From NCBI GenBank assembly GCA_030679955.1, contig JAUXSF010000019.1, positions 35,846 to 99,845 on the forward strand: a stretch of 64,000 nt of DNA, given 5' to 3'. Source of the stretch: Chlamydiales bacterium (lineage in GTDB: Bacteria; Chlamydiota; Chlamydiia; Chlamydiales; JAJFMA01). Positions 10,344 through 21,700 of this stretch are shown in pieces; position 1 is the first letter of the stretch, and each line of letters opens with the position of its first letter. The translations under genes were made by a program, and so were the position numbers. The notes under the pieces were generated by a model. It had not been told where the DNA came from, made no database searches, and saw only the letters and a program-made list of their open reading frames with translations.

Positions 10344-13300
10344 TTACTGAGTCGTTAAAAAGCTACCAGATTCAGGATCGTAAAACCCCTTGTTGGTGCG
10401 CACAAAACCAGTTTCTGGCTCGACCCTATTGCCACCAAAGCGCCAAGGATTAACAGCAGGGGCTGTTGAGCGGTGCCATAGCCTCCAGTATAGGCTAGAA
10501 GTATAACGAATTTCCTCACCCAGCATGCTGTGCCTATAGGCCTCGCGAACCTTGCCGTCTGCCGCGGACAGTAGTGCGACGATATTGCCATGTCGGTCTT
10601 GTATAGGAGCATACAGGTTTGCGTTAATCTCTATAGCTACGGTGTCTTCTCCTATCATTCTAAACTGTCTCAAGGAGCCGCCTTTGTCGGTGGCTCCAAT
10701 ATCGGTTTGATCGCAATAGAAGTACAATTCCTCGTCAACGACGTCTCCGAGGGCATCATAAGACATTTTGCTCATGCATCGATTAAAGGCGTCGTACGTA
10801 TAAATCCAGCGACCTTCTGTTGACTGCATTTCCACAAGACGCCCAATGGCATCGTAATGATATTTTCGGTGGCTATCAGATAGTCTAAAGCCTGCTGGAT
10901 CGTAAGTGTAGCGCGAATCACCATGTTGTAGTATCTGACCAAGATCGTTCAATTGGCATGGCAGGCCATCCTTGCTAAGTCGATTATTTATCGAATTATA
11001 GCTGTAGGTGTGTTGTGCGACCCCTACCTCCCTTGTCAGATGGTACAGATCGTCATATTCGTACTGGCATAATGCCTCATCCATTTGATCTCTGCGATTC
11101 AGTTTGATCAATTTGCCTGCAGCATTATAACCGTCATCTGGAACCGACTCCTCGTAATGGGCATTATACAGAGTTTTCAGGCGGCCTGCATCATCCCAAG
11201 AGTATTGGATAGTGCCGGCACCCTTAATCATTTTACTTTCAAGAATACGTCCAGCAGCATCGCGAGCGATGTAGTCATGACGATAGAGAGGGACGTTATT
11301 GGAGGTTAATCGTTCGACACTTAGCAAGTACGACTCGTCATAGACGTGGAAGACCGCGCTGCCATCGGGCAGTACCATCTTTATCATGCGATCTAGGCCA
11401 TCATATTCATAAGCAAGCGACAGCCCGTTTGCTAATGTTTCATGAATCAGACGATTGGCATTATCATATCTGCGCTTTGTCTCAGTTCCTTGAATATTGT
11501 CTCTACAAGCGATGAGATTGCCATTGGCATCATAGCTATAGTGGTAATTGATTGAGGCATCCGACGCAGAGAAGTTTGAGAGTCGACCTTGTGAATCATA
11601 GATATACCTGAGAACTGTTCCGTCTGGCGTTATCTCGGCTTCTTTTTGGCCATATCTATTGTAATTGTAGTAGGACTGCTTGAGATGAGGAGTGCCATGC
11701 GTTGTCAGCCTTCCCATGCTGTCGTACTGCCACTCTGTGATGACCTCTCTATCTGGCAAGTCTTCTGCTTTGACGATATCAATTCGCTGTTGCAATCTAC
11801 CTAGGAGATCGTACCTTAAGCGGTGACAGCTTGTTTCTATGCCTGATGCGTTGGTTGTTACATTGCATACGGGGCGTCCAAGGGCATCATAGGTGATGAT
11901 TACTTGATTTCCCAAGCTATCGACAGAGGTTGTTTGCAGGACACGCTGACCTCGTTCATTCTGATAGTTGTAGTTATACAACGTGGGTGAGCTTTCTACG
12001 TTTTCGTTTAGATGCGCAGGTTCATTCGCGATGGTGCAAACATCCGTGATATCTGGGCCTATCCATTTGATTGTTTTCGATAGGTTCCCTTTATCATCAT
12101 ATTCGTAGCTAGACCATCCTGAGGGTGTGATGAATTTTATCAGGAGACCGGTATTGTCATATTGGTATTGAGTCACACTTCCGTTGGCATCGGTCTCAGA
12201 GGTCAAGAGATTGCCTTTATATGTCGCGGTTGTGACTCCGGAAGCTGTTTCTTTGCGCGTTGTATTACCTAATCCATCGTATGTAAATTGTGTCCAGCAG
12301 CCATTGAGGGCTTTTTTGTGGCGCAAAGTGCCATCTAAATTGTATTCATAGCTCTCCGTTGATCCGTCTGGATATTCCACCTGGGTGATTTGGTTTCTGG
12401 CGTTATATTTTTTATGTGTATGGTTTCCTTGAGCATCTATGATGGCGGTGATGTTGCCGACAACATCATATTCCAGGCGCTCTGTAGCCTGTTGTCCTTG
12501 ATCGTTTGGTGGCAGCGTGGTAGCAATTAGACGACAAAGATCATCATATCGGTAGCTGGTCGTGTTGCCAAAACTATCTGTAGAGGCGATACGGTTTCCC
12601 AACAAGTCATAATGATAATGCTGTTCGAAAGCTTGCCCATCCGCGCAGACATGTCTTTCACCGATCAAGCGGTTCATGCAGTCATAAGAGAGCTCTTGGT
12701 ACTCCTCGGAATTGGATGGTTTCTCGTATACCTTATTTCCGTTGGCATCGAATCTACGCTGGATAATCGCTCCGGTGGAGTTCTGTTCCCAAATTACGTT
12801 TCCTAGGCGATCGTATTGCCATTGTAGTGTGTATTGGTGGGTGTCATTGGCATCGTAGAATACCTGTTCGGTCATCCAGCCTTCATTAGAGTAGCTGTTG
12901 ATCTTGGTAGTCACATGTCTCTCAAAACCTATCTCCGGGTCGTAGAAATACTCGCTTTCTACCTCTGGCAGTCCATAGGGGAAGGTCTTTCGTGGTGTAG
13001 TGCGCGTTATCTTTCTGATCATGACATCCGCAAGGTCCTCAGGAGAGTCACCTGAACCATCGTCAACAATCTTGGCGATCACGTTTGCCTGATCATCATG
13101 CTGATAGAATTCACGTTTGAGTATCTTGCCATTAGCCACTGTCTTAACGGATTCCAAGATATTGCTGTTTAGCTTGTATCCATAGAGGATTTTACTATCA
13201 TTCGGTTGTTCTTCGGAAAGAAGTAGTCCGTATTTGTCTTGTGAGTACGTTTTTCTAATGACGTGGCTCTCACAGCCATTATAATAAGGGGTACCTTGCG

Positions 13301-14627
13301 GGCTAAGTACAGGCAATGTGTGGTTGGTGCCGGAAAGTGGCCCTAGTAGGTGCTCGGCAATGATCTTGTTGTTTGCATCGTAGTCGAAGTACTTGCAGGA
13401 TACTACATTGTCTCTCTCATCCAACAATGCGTTGCACAGCAGGTTGCAGCGAGCTCCCCAAAAGAACTTTCTTGTGGAGTATTTACGGAATTCGTTCTCG
13501 GTTCGCCCAAGATACCGTTCGATCGTATCTAGTTTCGTTCCATTGCCAAATCTGTAAACTGTGCGGTTATTGTGGGCATCGCGCATTTCAGTTTGTCCCG
13601 GACCGTACAGAAAGTGATGTGTAGTGATCACACTGTTTCCAGGTCCTCCAGGTACCTTAAGCGTATAGACTTTTCCAAACGAGAGGCTCTTATTATTTAC
13701 GTAGTAGTCAATTTGCTGAAAACGCCCCTCAGGCATCTGCCTTAGGCGCAAGCGCTCTAAGTGTAAGTCGTCTAGTACAAGATAGGAGTAGCGTTCAAGA
13801 GGGGAATTGGGTGTGTTTGCCTCTATCAAGTAGCTGGTGAGACCCAGTCTAGTAGGAGTGAGTCTAAACGTATAGGCAGCCTCTCTGCCATCAATAGAAC
13901 GTAACCTAGCGCATCTTATGGAACCGGTCATGCAATCTGAGTAATCAAATGTAAGCGAAGCGAAAGGCAGTGAATCTGCCTCGTTGCATAACGTGATCTT
14001 GCTTAGGCGAACATGATCATCGGTGTGTTCATAGCGAAGGAGGTGACCATTCGGACGAATTTCTTCGGTAAGGCTTAAATGTCCGGGCAGATGTACGATG
14101 TGCTGGTTTCTCAGACGCTCAAACCTTCTAATACCGCCATTGCAAAGGTTTATAGTCATGCTTTGGTTGGCCGCTAAAAAGTCCGCTGTTTGATTTTTTA
14201 GGTCTTCAGTAATGCCTCGATCATAGAGCGCCAATTGTTGGTCTCCATGGCAATCCTGCGGAGGGTATTTCGCGATTAACTGTCGGCCTACTCTATCCCA
14301 CGCTACTTCGGTGGAAGTTACATAGTTGACAAGGGTGCCTGTCGGTTCGGGAGCAATCAGCCGATAGAAGTCGTTATGGACGGCGATAATCGCCTCTTTT
14401 GGGTGGTTATACGTCCAGTTATCGCACAAACTGAACCCATCCCGTCGATCACCGGAACAGTATATACGCTGAAACGTCAAGGGCTCTGGCCCGGGTAAGG
14501 CAAAGTCCAATGCTGTGTGAGTGTAGCTCCCAGTAAGAATGTTAACGCACCCCGCCACGATTTCAGAGGGGCTTTCAGCGTAGAGTCCTAGGGAGATAGA
14601 GCAGAAGAAGGAAAATAGCAATCGCAT
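10344..14627 (-). CDS. RHS/YD-repeat protein lacking a C-terminal toxin domain
   Basis: Signal peptide MRLLFSFFCSISLGLYA, a DUF6531-like start (GCVNILTGSY...PLTFQRIY) and many YD repeats. Ends within a degenerate core motif (NPWRFGGNRVEPETG...FYDPESGSFLT). Confidence 0.88.
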   Translation of the reverse strand: MRLLFSFFCSISLGLYAESPSEIVAGCVNILTGSYTHTALDFALPGPEPLTFQRIYCSGDRRDGFSLCDNWTYNHPKEAIIAVHNDFYRLIAPEPTGTLVNYVTSTEVAWDRVGRQLIAKYPPQDCHGDQQLALYDRGITEDLKNQTADFLAANQSMTINLCNGGIRRFERLRNQHIVHLPGHLSLTEEIRPNGHLLRYEHTDDHVRLSKITLCNEADSLPFASLTFDYSDCMTGSIRCARLRSIDGREAAYTFRLTPTRLGLTSYLIEANTPNSPLERYSYLVLDDLHLERLRLRQMPEGRFQQIDYYVNNKSLSFGKVYTLKVPGGPGNSVITTHHFLYGPGQTEMRDAHNNRTVYRFGNGTKLDTIERYLGRTENEFRKYSTRKFFWGARCNLLCNALLDERDNVVSCKYFDYDANNKIIAEHLLGPLSGTNHTLPVLSPQGTPYYNGCESHVIRKTYSQDKYGLLLSEEQPNDSKILYGYKLNSNILESVKTVANGKILKREFYQHDDQANVIAKIVDDGSGDSPEDLADVMIRKITRTTPRKTFPYGLPEVESEYFYDPEIGFERHVTTKINSYSNEGWMTEQVFYDANDTHQYTLQWQYDRLGNVIWEQNSTGAIIQRRFDANGNKVYEKPSNSEEYQELSYDCMNRLIGERHVCADGQAFEQHYHYDLLGNRIASTDSFGNTTSYRYDDLCRLIATTLPPNDQGQQATERLEYDVVGNITAIIDAQGNHTHKKYNARNQITQVEYPDGSTESYEYNLDGTLRHKKALNGCWTQFTYDGLGNTTRKETASGVTTATYKGNLLTSETDANGSVTQYQYDNTGLLIKFITPSGWSSYEYDDKGNLSKTIKWIGPDITDVCTIANEPAHLNENVESSPTLYNYNYQNERGQRVLQTTSVDSLGNQVIITYDALGRPVCNVTTNASGIETSCHRLRYDLLGRLQQRIDIVKAEDLPDREVITEWQYDSMGRLTTHGTPHLKQSYYNYNRYGQKEAEITPDGTVLRYIYDSQGRLSNFSASDASINYHYSYDANGNLIACRDNIQGTETKRRYDNANRLIHETLANGLSLAYEYDGLDRMIKMVLPDGSAVFHVYDESYLLSVERLTSNNVPLYRHDYIARDAAGRILESKMIKGAGTIQYSWDDAGRLKTLYNAHYEESVPDDGYNAAGKLIKLNRRDQMDEALCQYEYDDLYHLTREVGVAQHTYSYNSINNRLSKDGLPCQLNDLGQILQHGDSRYTYDPAGFRLSDSHRKYHYDAIGRLVEMQSTEGRWIYTYDAFNRCMSKMSYDALGDVVDEELYFYCDQTDIGATDKGGSLRQFRMIGEDTVAIEINANLYAPIQDRHGNIVALLSAADGKVREAYRHSMLGEEIRYTSSLYWRLWHRSTAPAVNPWRFGGNRVEPETGFVRTNKGFYDPESGSFLTTQ

Positions 14628-14891
14628 GATATTGGTTGGTAAGGCAAGAGTTTTCGTGATTAAGGTGCGTATCTTTAGCACTTCATCGGATTTAATCAAG
14701 GTTTTTTTTGGACTACCCGAGCCCTGAGTCGCCAAAGGGGCTATATTGTCCTCTTTTTTTGGGTCGAGAGTCTCCATAGTCTCTTTCGTTGCAAAGACCC
14801 CTTTCCCAAAGACAAAACATGTGACAAATAAATTGATATTTGATACGATGAAAAAAATACTAACTTAATTATAGTGTGTTTGAAGTAGTAT

Positions 14892-17800
14892 ATGGTAAGT
14901 TTACCAAAGATATTAGAGCCATATAAAGAAGCTGGTAAAAGCCTTATTAAGAGTGGTGCCGTTAAAGAAATTGAATTTTCCGGCGCAACTTACCAAGTTT
15001 TGGTTGAAGATCCTTCGCGAGAACAGGGCGTTTGGGCCTTCATGCAGCTAGATGAAACCGGGAGCATCAACGATTGCTTCTGTGGCTGTGATGAAAGCGA
15101 TGAGAATGCAGCCTGCCGACACTTAGCAGCAGCTTACTTCAAAGTTTTCAATGGCAATGCTGTACCGCTTCACCTTCGGTTTGAGCACTCCATCTGGCAT
15201 CAGCTCTGCAGCCACTATGCGGAGAAGATCGGATACGATTCAGACCAACTTAAAAAGAGTCAGGATGGTGGCTATGAGTATTGTTCGATATCCGGGAAGC
15301 GGCTCTTTAGCATCCGTGGAGTTACCAAGGAAGGTAAGGAAGTTTTACGTCAGCTCATGGAAACGCGGCTGCAAGAAACTGAAGAAACCTCACTAAAATT
15401 TTCCAATTTATCCCAGTCAGAGATCCAGTTATGGCGTGAAGGTCGCCCCAGCTTGAGTTTATTGTACCATCTATCGTTTTGGAACGACTTAGCTCGCTGG
15501 ATGATGGTAATGCAGGATCGAAAGACATATGACCTAACCTTCGAGTACTCTGCTCAAGGTATTCCGAACTATCTCATCGCCAGTTTTACTCCGATTAAAG
15601 TGGAATTTTACTTACCGGAAGCGCTGTTACCACCATTGATTCCTGCCTTAGCTGAAGTAAAAACGCCCATGTCCATCAAAGATTACGCCAAAGACGCCAT
15701 TTCAAAGATCACCTACGACGAAGAGACCGGCTGTTTGGTGATTGATCGAACATCTTTTTCTCAAGATAGCATCGGCACACCAAAAGGTCCGGTTATACGC
15801 TTAGGTGAGTGGCTATTTTCCAAAGATCAGGGTTTTGTCCATACCGAAGTGGGTAGCCTGCTGTCTAAGAAGAGAATATGTGGCGATGATGTCTCTGAGT
15901 TGCTGCGGCATCACTACCTGTTTGTTAAGGATAAGCTGGACGGTGTGGATGTTCATCCCGAATCTGTCGAAGTATCCTATCATTTGTCTTTTGATTCAGA
16001 CTGGAACTTGCACATTCGCTCCTACTTATTCGAGCCGGGTGATCTCCAGCACCCTCGCTCACGGTGTTTTGGTTCATGGGCTTATTTGGCAGGCGATGGG
16101 TTCTATCGTCTGCGTAATACACGCTCGGGAGACGCTGACGAGGTGATATCCTCGCGGGACGTCTCAGACTTTGTGACGCAGAATAGAGTGTGGCTGTCAG
16201 GACAAGAAGGCTTTAGCCCACATTTGGCAAATATCGAATCAGAGCTATCGTACGAGATGGATGCTGATGGAAATCTACATTTTACTACCTACAACCCACC
16301 AGAGGATGCTACTGAGGGGCAGCGAGATTTCGGCCGTTGGCTCTATATTGCCGGTCAGGGCTTTTTCGCTAAGGTAGGATCCCATTTGGGACTTCCAGTT
16401 CGTCCAGGAGTAGTGATTAGGGCGGAGTCGTTAGGGTTATTTATACATATGAATAAAGAGGAATTGCAGTTAGTTCCGCGATTCTTTAGCTCTTCATGTC
16501 CAATTATCCGTTCACAAGTTCGGGTAATGCTCACTGAAAAGGGCATTTCGGTAATTCCTGTTTATGAATTGGAAAAGCAGTATCAGGATGCTGACCTGCG
16601 CTTTTACGGCGATTACGTTTACAACCCTGGCGAGGGTTTTAGCGCCTTGCCCTTGGATAGCCGCCTACCTGAAGACTATCGTACGCAGGTGTACATCGAT
16701 TCCGAGAACGAAGCGCTATTTCTAGCTTATGAACTAGATCGACTAAAGCCATACATCGCGTATCTAGACCCACGCTTACATAGACCTGAGCGCATGGACC
16801 TTGTGGCTGAGGAGGCTGAAATAGCCCAGCAAGGGAAGGGGTGGTACTCTCTACGCTTATCTTTCCACACCGATCGCGGGGTTATCCCCGTTACACATTT
16901 GTGGAAGGCGATTACTAATAAAGAACGGTTCCTCTTCTCCGAAGCCGGCTTGGTGGACTTACACGATCCACGGTTTGTATGGCTTCATAGTATGGCCAAA
17001 CAGCGTATTGACCTGCGTAAAAACAGCATCACTCTTTCTACGATGGAGTTGATCCGTCTTAATGTCTTCGATGAAATTAAGTCGACTAATAAGCGTGGCG
17101 ACAAGGCTGAAATTACCCGCACCTTGCTACGTGAGTTGATGACCTTTGAGGAACCTGAAGAACCCGATATTACAGGTTTAGCTAGCAACCTCAGACCTTA
17201 TCAAGAAAAAGGCGTGCGTTGGTTGTGGTTTCTGTACCATCATGGGCTTTCAGGCATGCTATGCGATGACATGGGCCTGGGTAAGACTCACCAATCTATG
17301 GCTCTCATGGCCGCTTTGCGCAACGACTTTGTTAAGCGTGGCGTAACCCGCAAGCCGCGATTTTTGGTTATTTGCCCTACCTCCGTCCTTTACCATTGGG
17401 AGGAAAAGCTACAGCAGTTCCTCCCTGGTATACGCGTGCATATGTTCTATGGCCTAGAGCGTAACTTGGAAGACTTCACCGATGACTGCGACGTATTGCT
17501 AACCTCTTACGGCATCTGGCGTCGTGAAGTTTCTCGTTTGAAAGAGATCAAATTTGACCTGGGAATATTCGACGAGGTGCAAGCAGCCAAAAGCCAGGCG
17601 AGTCGCCTTCACCACTCTCTGCTGAACGTTCATGCCAGTATGCGCCTGGGCCTTACAGGCACGCCGATCGAAAACCATTTGATGGAGCTAAAGGCACTCT
17701 TTGACGTAGTTCTACCGACGTATATGCCTTCAGAGCGAGACTATCGAGAATTTTTCATCAAGCCAATCGAGAAAGATAATGATATAGGGCGCCGACAATT

Positions 17801-18635
17801 GCTCTCACGCTTGATCAAGCCCTTTATGTTACGTCGTAAGAAAGAAGATGTGTTAACAGATCTTCCAGAGAAGACAGAAGAAATAGCTCACTGTGAGCTG
17901 TCTGTCGAGCAGCGTAAGCTCTATCGCGAAGTATTGGACCAAGGGCGCCAAGCGCTAATCACAGACCTCAGTGACCAAGCGAAGGTTATCCCTTATGTTC
18001 ATATCTTTGCTATCCTCACCCAGCTAAAGCGTATTTGCAACCATCCTGCCGTTTACCTCAAAACACCTTCGGAGTATCGTAAGCACGAATCTGGTAAGTG
18101 GGAGCTCTTTGTAGAGCTCTTAAGCGAGGCGCGTGACAGCGGTCAGAAGGTTGTCGTATTCTCTCAATATCTTGCCATGCTGGATATTTTTGAGGAGTAC
18201 CTGAAGCAAGAAGGTATTTCCTTTGCTGCTATCCGCGGGTCTACCACAGATCGTGGAGAGCAGTTGAAGCTCTTTAACCAAGATCCTACTTGCGAGGTGT
18301 TCTTGGGGTCTCTACAAGCTGTAGGGTTGGGCGTTGACTTAACTGCGGCGTCGGTAGTTATCCATTATGACCGTTGGTGGAATGCGGCACGCGAAAACCA
18401 GGCGACAGATCGTGTCCATCGTATTGGTCAACGTCGTGGTGTGCAGGTCTTTAAACTGGTCACTAAAGGCACGTTTGAAGAGCGTATAGACGCTCTTATT
18501 AACGCCAAGGGCCAGTTGATGGAGGATGTTGTCGGTGTTGATGACCAAGATGTTATCAAGCGCCTAGATCGCCGCGAGCTCATCGAGTTGCTCCAATACG
18601 TCGACACTGCCGCCACAGCCGTCTCCGACGATTAG
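14892..18635 (+). CDS. SWIM zinc finger + SNF2-family helicase (chlamydial type)
   Basis: CFCGC...CRHL SWIM motif. LRPYQ, LCDDMGLGKT, DEVQ, LTGTPIEN and QATDRVHRIGQ helicase motifs. Confidence 0.93.
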   Translation: MVSLPKILEPYKEAGKSLIKSGAVKEIEFSGATYQVLVEDPSREQGVWAFMQLDETGSINDCFCGCDESDENAACRHLAAAYFKVFNGNAVPLHLRFEHSIWHQLCSHYAEKIGYDSDQLKKSQDGGYEYCSISGKRLFSIRGVTKEGKEVLRQLMETRLQETEETSLKFSNLSQSEIQLWREGRPSLSLLYHLSFWNDLARWMMVMQDRKTYDLTFEYSAQGIPNYLIASFTPIKVEFYLPEALLPPLIPALAEVKTPMSIKDYAKDAISKITYDEETGCLVIDRTSFSQDSIGTPKGPVIRLGEWLFSKDQGFVHTEVGSLLSKKRICGDDVSELLRHHYLFVKDKLDGVDVHPESVEVSYHLSFDSDWNLHIRSYLFEPGDLQHPRSRCFGSWAYLAGDGFYRLRNTRSGDADEVISSRDVSDFVTQNRVWLSGQEGFSPHLANIESELSYEMDADGNLHFTTYNPPEDATEGQRDFGRWLYIAGQGFFAKVGSHLGLPVRPGVVIRAESLGLFIHMNKEELQLVPRFFSSSCPIIRSQVRVMLTEKGISVIPVYELEKQYQDADLRFYGDYVYNPGEGFSALPLDSRLPEDYRTQVYIDSENEALFLAYELDRLKPYIAYLDPRLHRPERMDLVAEEAEIAQQGKGWYSLRLSFHTDRGVIPVTHLWKAITNKERFLFSEAGLVDLHDPRFVWLHSMAKQRIDLRKNSITLSTMELIRLNVFDEIKSTNKRGDKAEITRTLLRELMTFEEPEEPDITGLASNLRPYQEKGVRWLWFLYHHGLSGMLCDDMGLGKTHQSMALMAALRNDFVKRGVTRKPRFLVICPTSVLYHWEEKLQQFLPGIRVHMFYGLERNLEDFTDDCDVLLTSYGIWRREVSRLKEIKFDLGIFDEVQAAKSQASRLHHSLLNVHASMRLGLTGTPIENHLMELKALFDVVLPTYMPSERDYREFFIKPIEKDNDIGRRQLLSRLIKPFMLRRKKEDVLTDLPEKTEEIAHCELSVEQRKLYREVLDQGRQALITDLSDQAKVIPYVHIFAILTQLKRICNHPAVYLKTPSEYRKHESGKWELFVELLSEARDSGQKVVVFSQYLAMLDIFEEYLKQEGISFAAIRGSTTDRGEQLKLFNQDPTCEVFLGSLQAVGLGVDLTAASVVIHYDRWWNAARENQATDRVHRIGQRRGVQVFKLVTKGTFEERIDALINAKGQLMEDVVGVDDQDVIKRLDRRELIELLQYVDTAATAVSDD

Positions 18636-18642
18636 CCCATAT

Positions 18643-18719
18643 GGAAATTTTAACGCAAAGACGCAGAGCCGCGAAGAGAAACAACCTTCTTTGCGCCTCT
18701 GAGTCTTTGCGTTGAATCC
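18643..18719. repeat. Intergenic palindromic repeat family A, between convergent genes
   Basis: AACGCAAAGACGCAGAGCCGCGAAGA-GAAACAACCT-TCTTTGCGCCTCTGAGTCTTTGCGTT, closely similar to 6086-6160. Confidence 0.8.
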
Positions 18720-18724
18720 CTTCT

Positions 18725-21700
18725 TTAGGTCTTAGAGATAATAGTGCGTGCTTCTGCCACCAATGCTGCTGCAGTGAGATTTTCCAAAGGATTAATATCT
18801 TTAACATTTGGGCTCGTGGAGGCGATTTCTCCATTGGAGCGGAAGAGCCAAAAGGCTCTATCTGCGGGTAGCGCATTGGACTGTTCACGTATCCAGACAT
18901 CAAAGGCCGTGCCATCCATCATAGAGCCGATGATGAGTTTCCAGACCTGCTTGTCTTCCGTCAGATCACAGATAAGTAACAGGGCATAAGGCGATTTACT
19001 GCCTCCAGCAAGACACATGCGTGTATCTGTTGCCAAGCAGGCATTGCTTGTGACAAGAATGTTTGTGTCGACTTTCACTGCATCTTCAATTTCGTACTGC
19101 AGAACCTGTTGAAGGCTCCATATGCAGGCTGCCTTGCCTGGCTCGGGATTTGTGACTGCCTTAAGATCTATGATATTTATGCTTTCACCCAAGCTTGGAG
19201 AGGCGAATTGATCTAATGTGAAAGCAATTTCTTGGGTTGATGGGACACAATCATCTTTCACATGCTCCACATTTCTATGGATTTCCTGGTCCCTGCAATG
19301 GTTATAGTCATGCAAGCGGGATAGCTCCATATGCGCTTCATGGATATGCATGGACTGTGAAACTCGGTTGATGTTGGACGTGATACTGACGTGAGATCTC
19401 ATTTCCTTTAGCTTTCGTGGCGTCATAATCTGATCGCTAATGCGTTGGCAAACAGTCGATACCTCTTCTTTGGTAAAGGCGATCTCTACAATAGCTTTGA
19501 GTTTTGTCAATTCTTGGATAAGATATTCCGGCGTTTCCACAGACTGTCGTTGATTGGTGTAGGCGGTCACAAGATCAGTAGAGGTTTCCTTAGCAAAGAT
19601 ACTGCCAACTTTAGCGAATAGCGCTATTTCCTCGGATTGAGGAAGAGCGTACAGCCTATCAAGAACAAGCTGTTCAAATTCATTGACCAGTTTTTGTAAG
19701 GCAAATGGTAGGTTGTTCTCTCTCTGCGCTTCGGCCTCTAGAATATTGGTAAAAAGCACAACATCACTTGTTGAAAGTGAATCCTTACGCAACATCTCTT
19801 GCATGAAGAGCATCACATCGTATGGCAATCCCATGAGAATACGCTGCAGGCCATCCAGGTCGCGCATACGTCTGGCACCTTGTAGCAACTTAGGCATTGT
19901 CGTTGTTTCTTTTACTGTAACAATTGCTTCTGCGGTAGGCATCTGACGCAGGTTCGTCCCTGTGATATGCTCTTCGTCGTAATAAGTTATTAGGCTCTTG
20001 TCATCCAGCCCTGTTTCTTGGGCGATGGTGTCTGCAGAAGAACCACTAAGCTTTGTTGTATTGCCTAGGTTGTCTCGGTGTGTAGAGGACAGTTTTCCTG
20101 AGCCCGGTTCAAAAAACAGGACGCCTTGAACTTCCGATTGATTTTTGCGCAGACGTTTACCAATCATCTGGCCGACGCGATCGTTGGGGATACCCCTGAA
20201 GTGAACCCCCACATCAATGAAGGTTCTTAGACGGGGTCGCTGAAGGCCTAGTTTAATCAGTTTCTTGGCATCTCGAGGAACTGCGATCAGCTCGCCTTTG
20301 CTGATTAGTAGATCGATTGTCTGACCATTGGTGCCAAAGTCGAGGACTACTTCGCAATCGAGAGGAGCCATGTTTTCTCCTATATTTGCCGAATAACCAA
20401 CCATACCTCGCGCCATCGAGACAGTATTCTGTGCGTTACTTCCAGCTTGGCGTTTGAAGATCTCAACCTTCTTCAACTCCTCAACCAGTACAAAGTCCAG
20501 CACAAGCCGCATAGCAATTGACTGATTGGCTTTCAGCGCGGCTAGCATGTTATTTATCAGGTCTGCATTGGTTGCCGTATTGTCATATAGGCCAATACTA
20601 AAGGCGGTGGTAAAATCCTTTGCGATAGTTGTATCCAGCAACGTGCTACAGTTGGTGCTTTTCTGCTCTTGCAATGCTATCTGACGGCAGTATGGAATAA
20701 AACGATCCACTTGTTCACTATTCAATCCCGTATCCAAGTAGTCCAAGATTGTGTTTAGTCCGACTATCAAAGTGTCGCTATATTCGGAGTTCCCGGCTCT
20801 TTTCATATTAGCAATTAATGGCACAGATATACGTGGAGACCCCTCACACAGTCCATGATCTTCGTCAACGCTAGATTTTAGCCGACTCTTCAATAAGTCC
20901 TCTGTCAACATAAGACGAGCTAGAATAACAAGATTAGCTTCATCACGTCGCTCAGGGGCTGTTAAAGCCTGCGGCAATTCTGATGTTTCACCTGTAATGT
21001 ATTCCTTGATCTCCGGCGCATTCCAGGGAGCTTGTTTGCAAAGAACCTTAATCACTTCTTTAATCATCAGTTTGTATTGCGCACTTGATTGCAGGGAGGA
21101 GTCATGGACGCTGAGGAGGTATTGGCCCTTGTCATCTTTGGCAGAGCAGGCAATGCGCATGATCTGGCACATCAGTTCATATTGATCTAGATTTGGCGGC
21201 GAACTAGCCCCAAATGGCATGCACAACTCGTTTAAAGGATCTAGAGCTTCGTGAACCTCGTCCATGGCAAAAACAGCCTTTTTGCGGAACAGGCGTAGGA
21301 TGCTTTTTAGAGCTTGGTTAATTTTTTCCAGCTTGGCGTCAGGGGTTTCCTGCAGTAGAAAACGCATTTTTATGTACTTGCTACGCATGGCGCGTAGCGT
21401 TTCTTTTGACAATGTCACGTAATCGCGATTAACAATAGCCTCTTCTAGTAGAGCTTGAACGGGGATTAAGAACGCTTCGGTGAATTTTTTTGGATCGTCG
21501 TCAAAAGTAAATGAGTCTTGGCGCTGTCCAAAGGTCACGTCGCCGTTATGACCCATGTCATAAAGAGTTGAGGTTGCCTGTGAACTCCCAGGAATATGTG
21601 TCGACAAGGTGTTCCCATCGGCGTTTAGAAATGCAATGAGGGGTCCTACAAAGAAGGTTTTTCCTTTGCCTTGAAGAAGCTGTACTATCGTGTTTTTTCC

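Noticed and set aside
14628-14777. Upstream start for the Rhs gene
   Set aside because: The signal peptide begins at Met 14627 and the extension looks non-coding, although it cannot be fully excluded.
18580-18915. 111-aa minus-strand ORF
   Set aside because: It overlaps two real genes and reads through the family A repeat.
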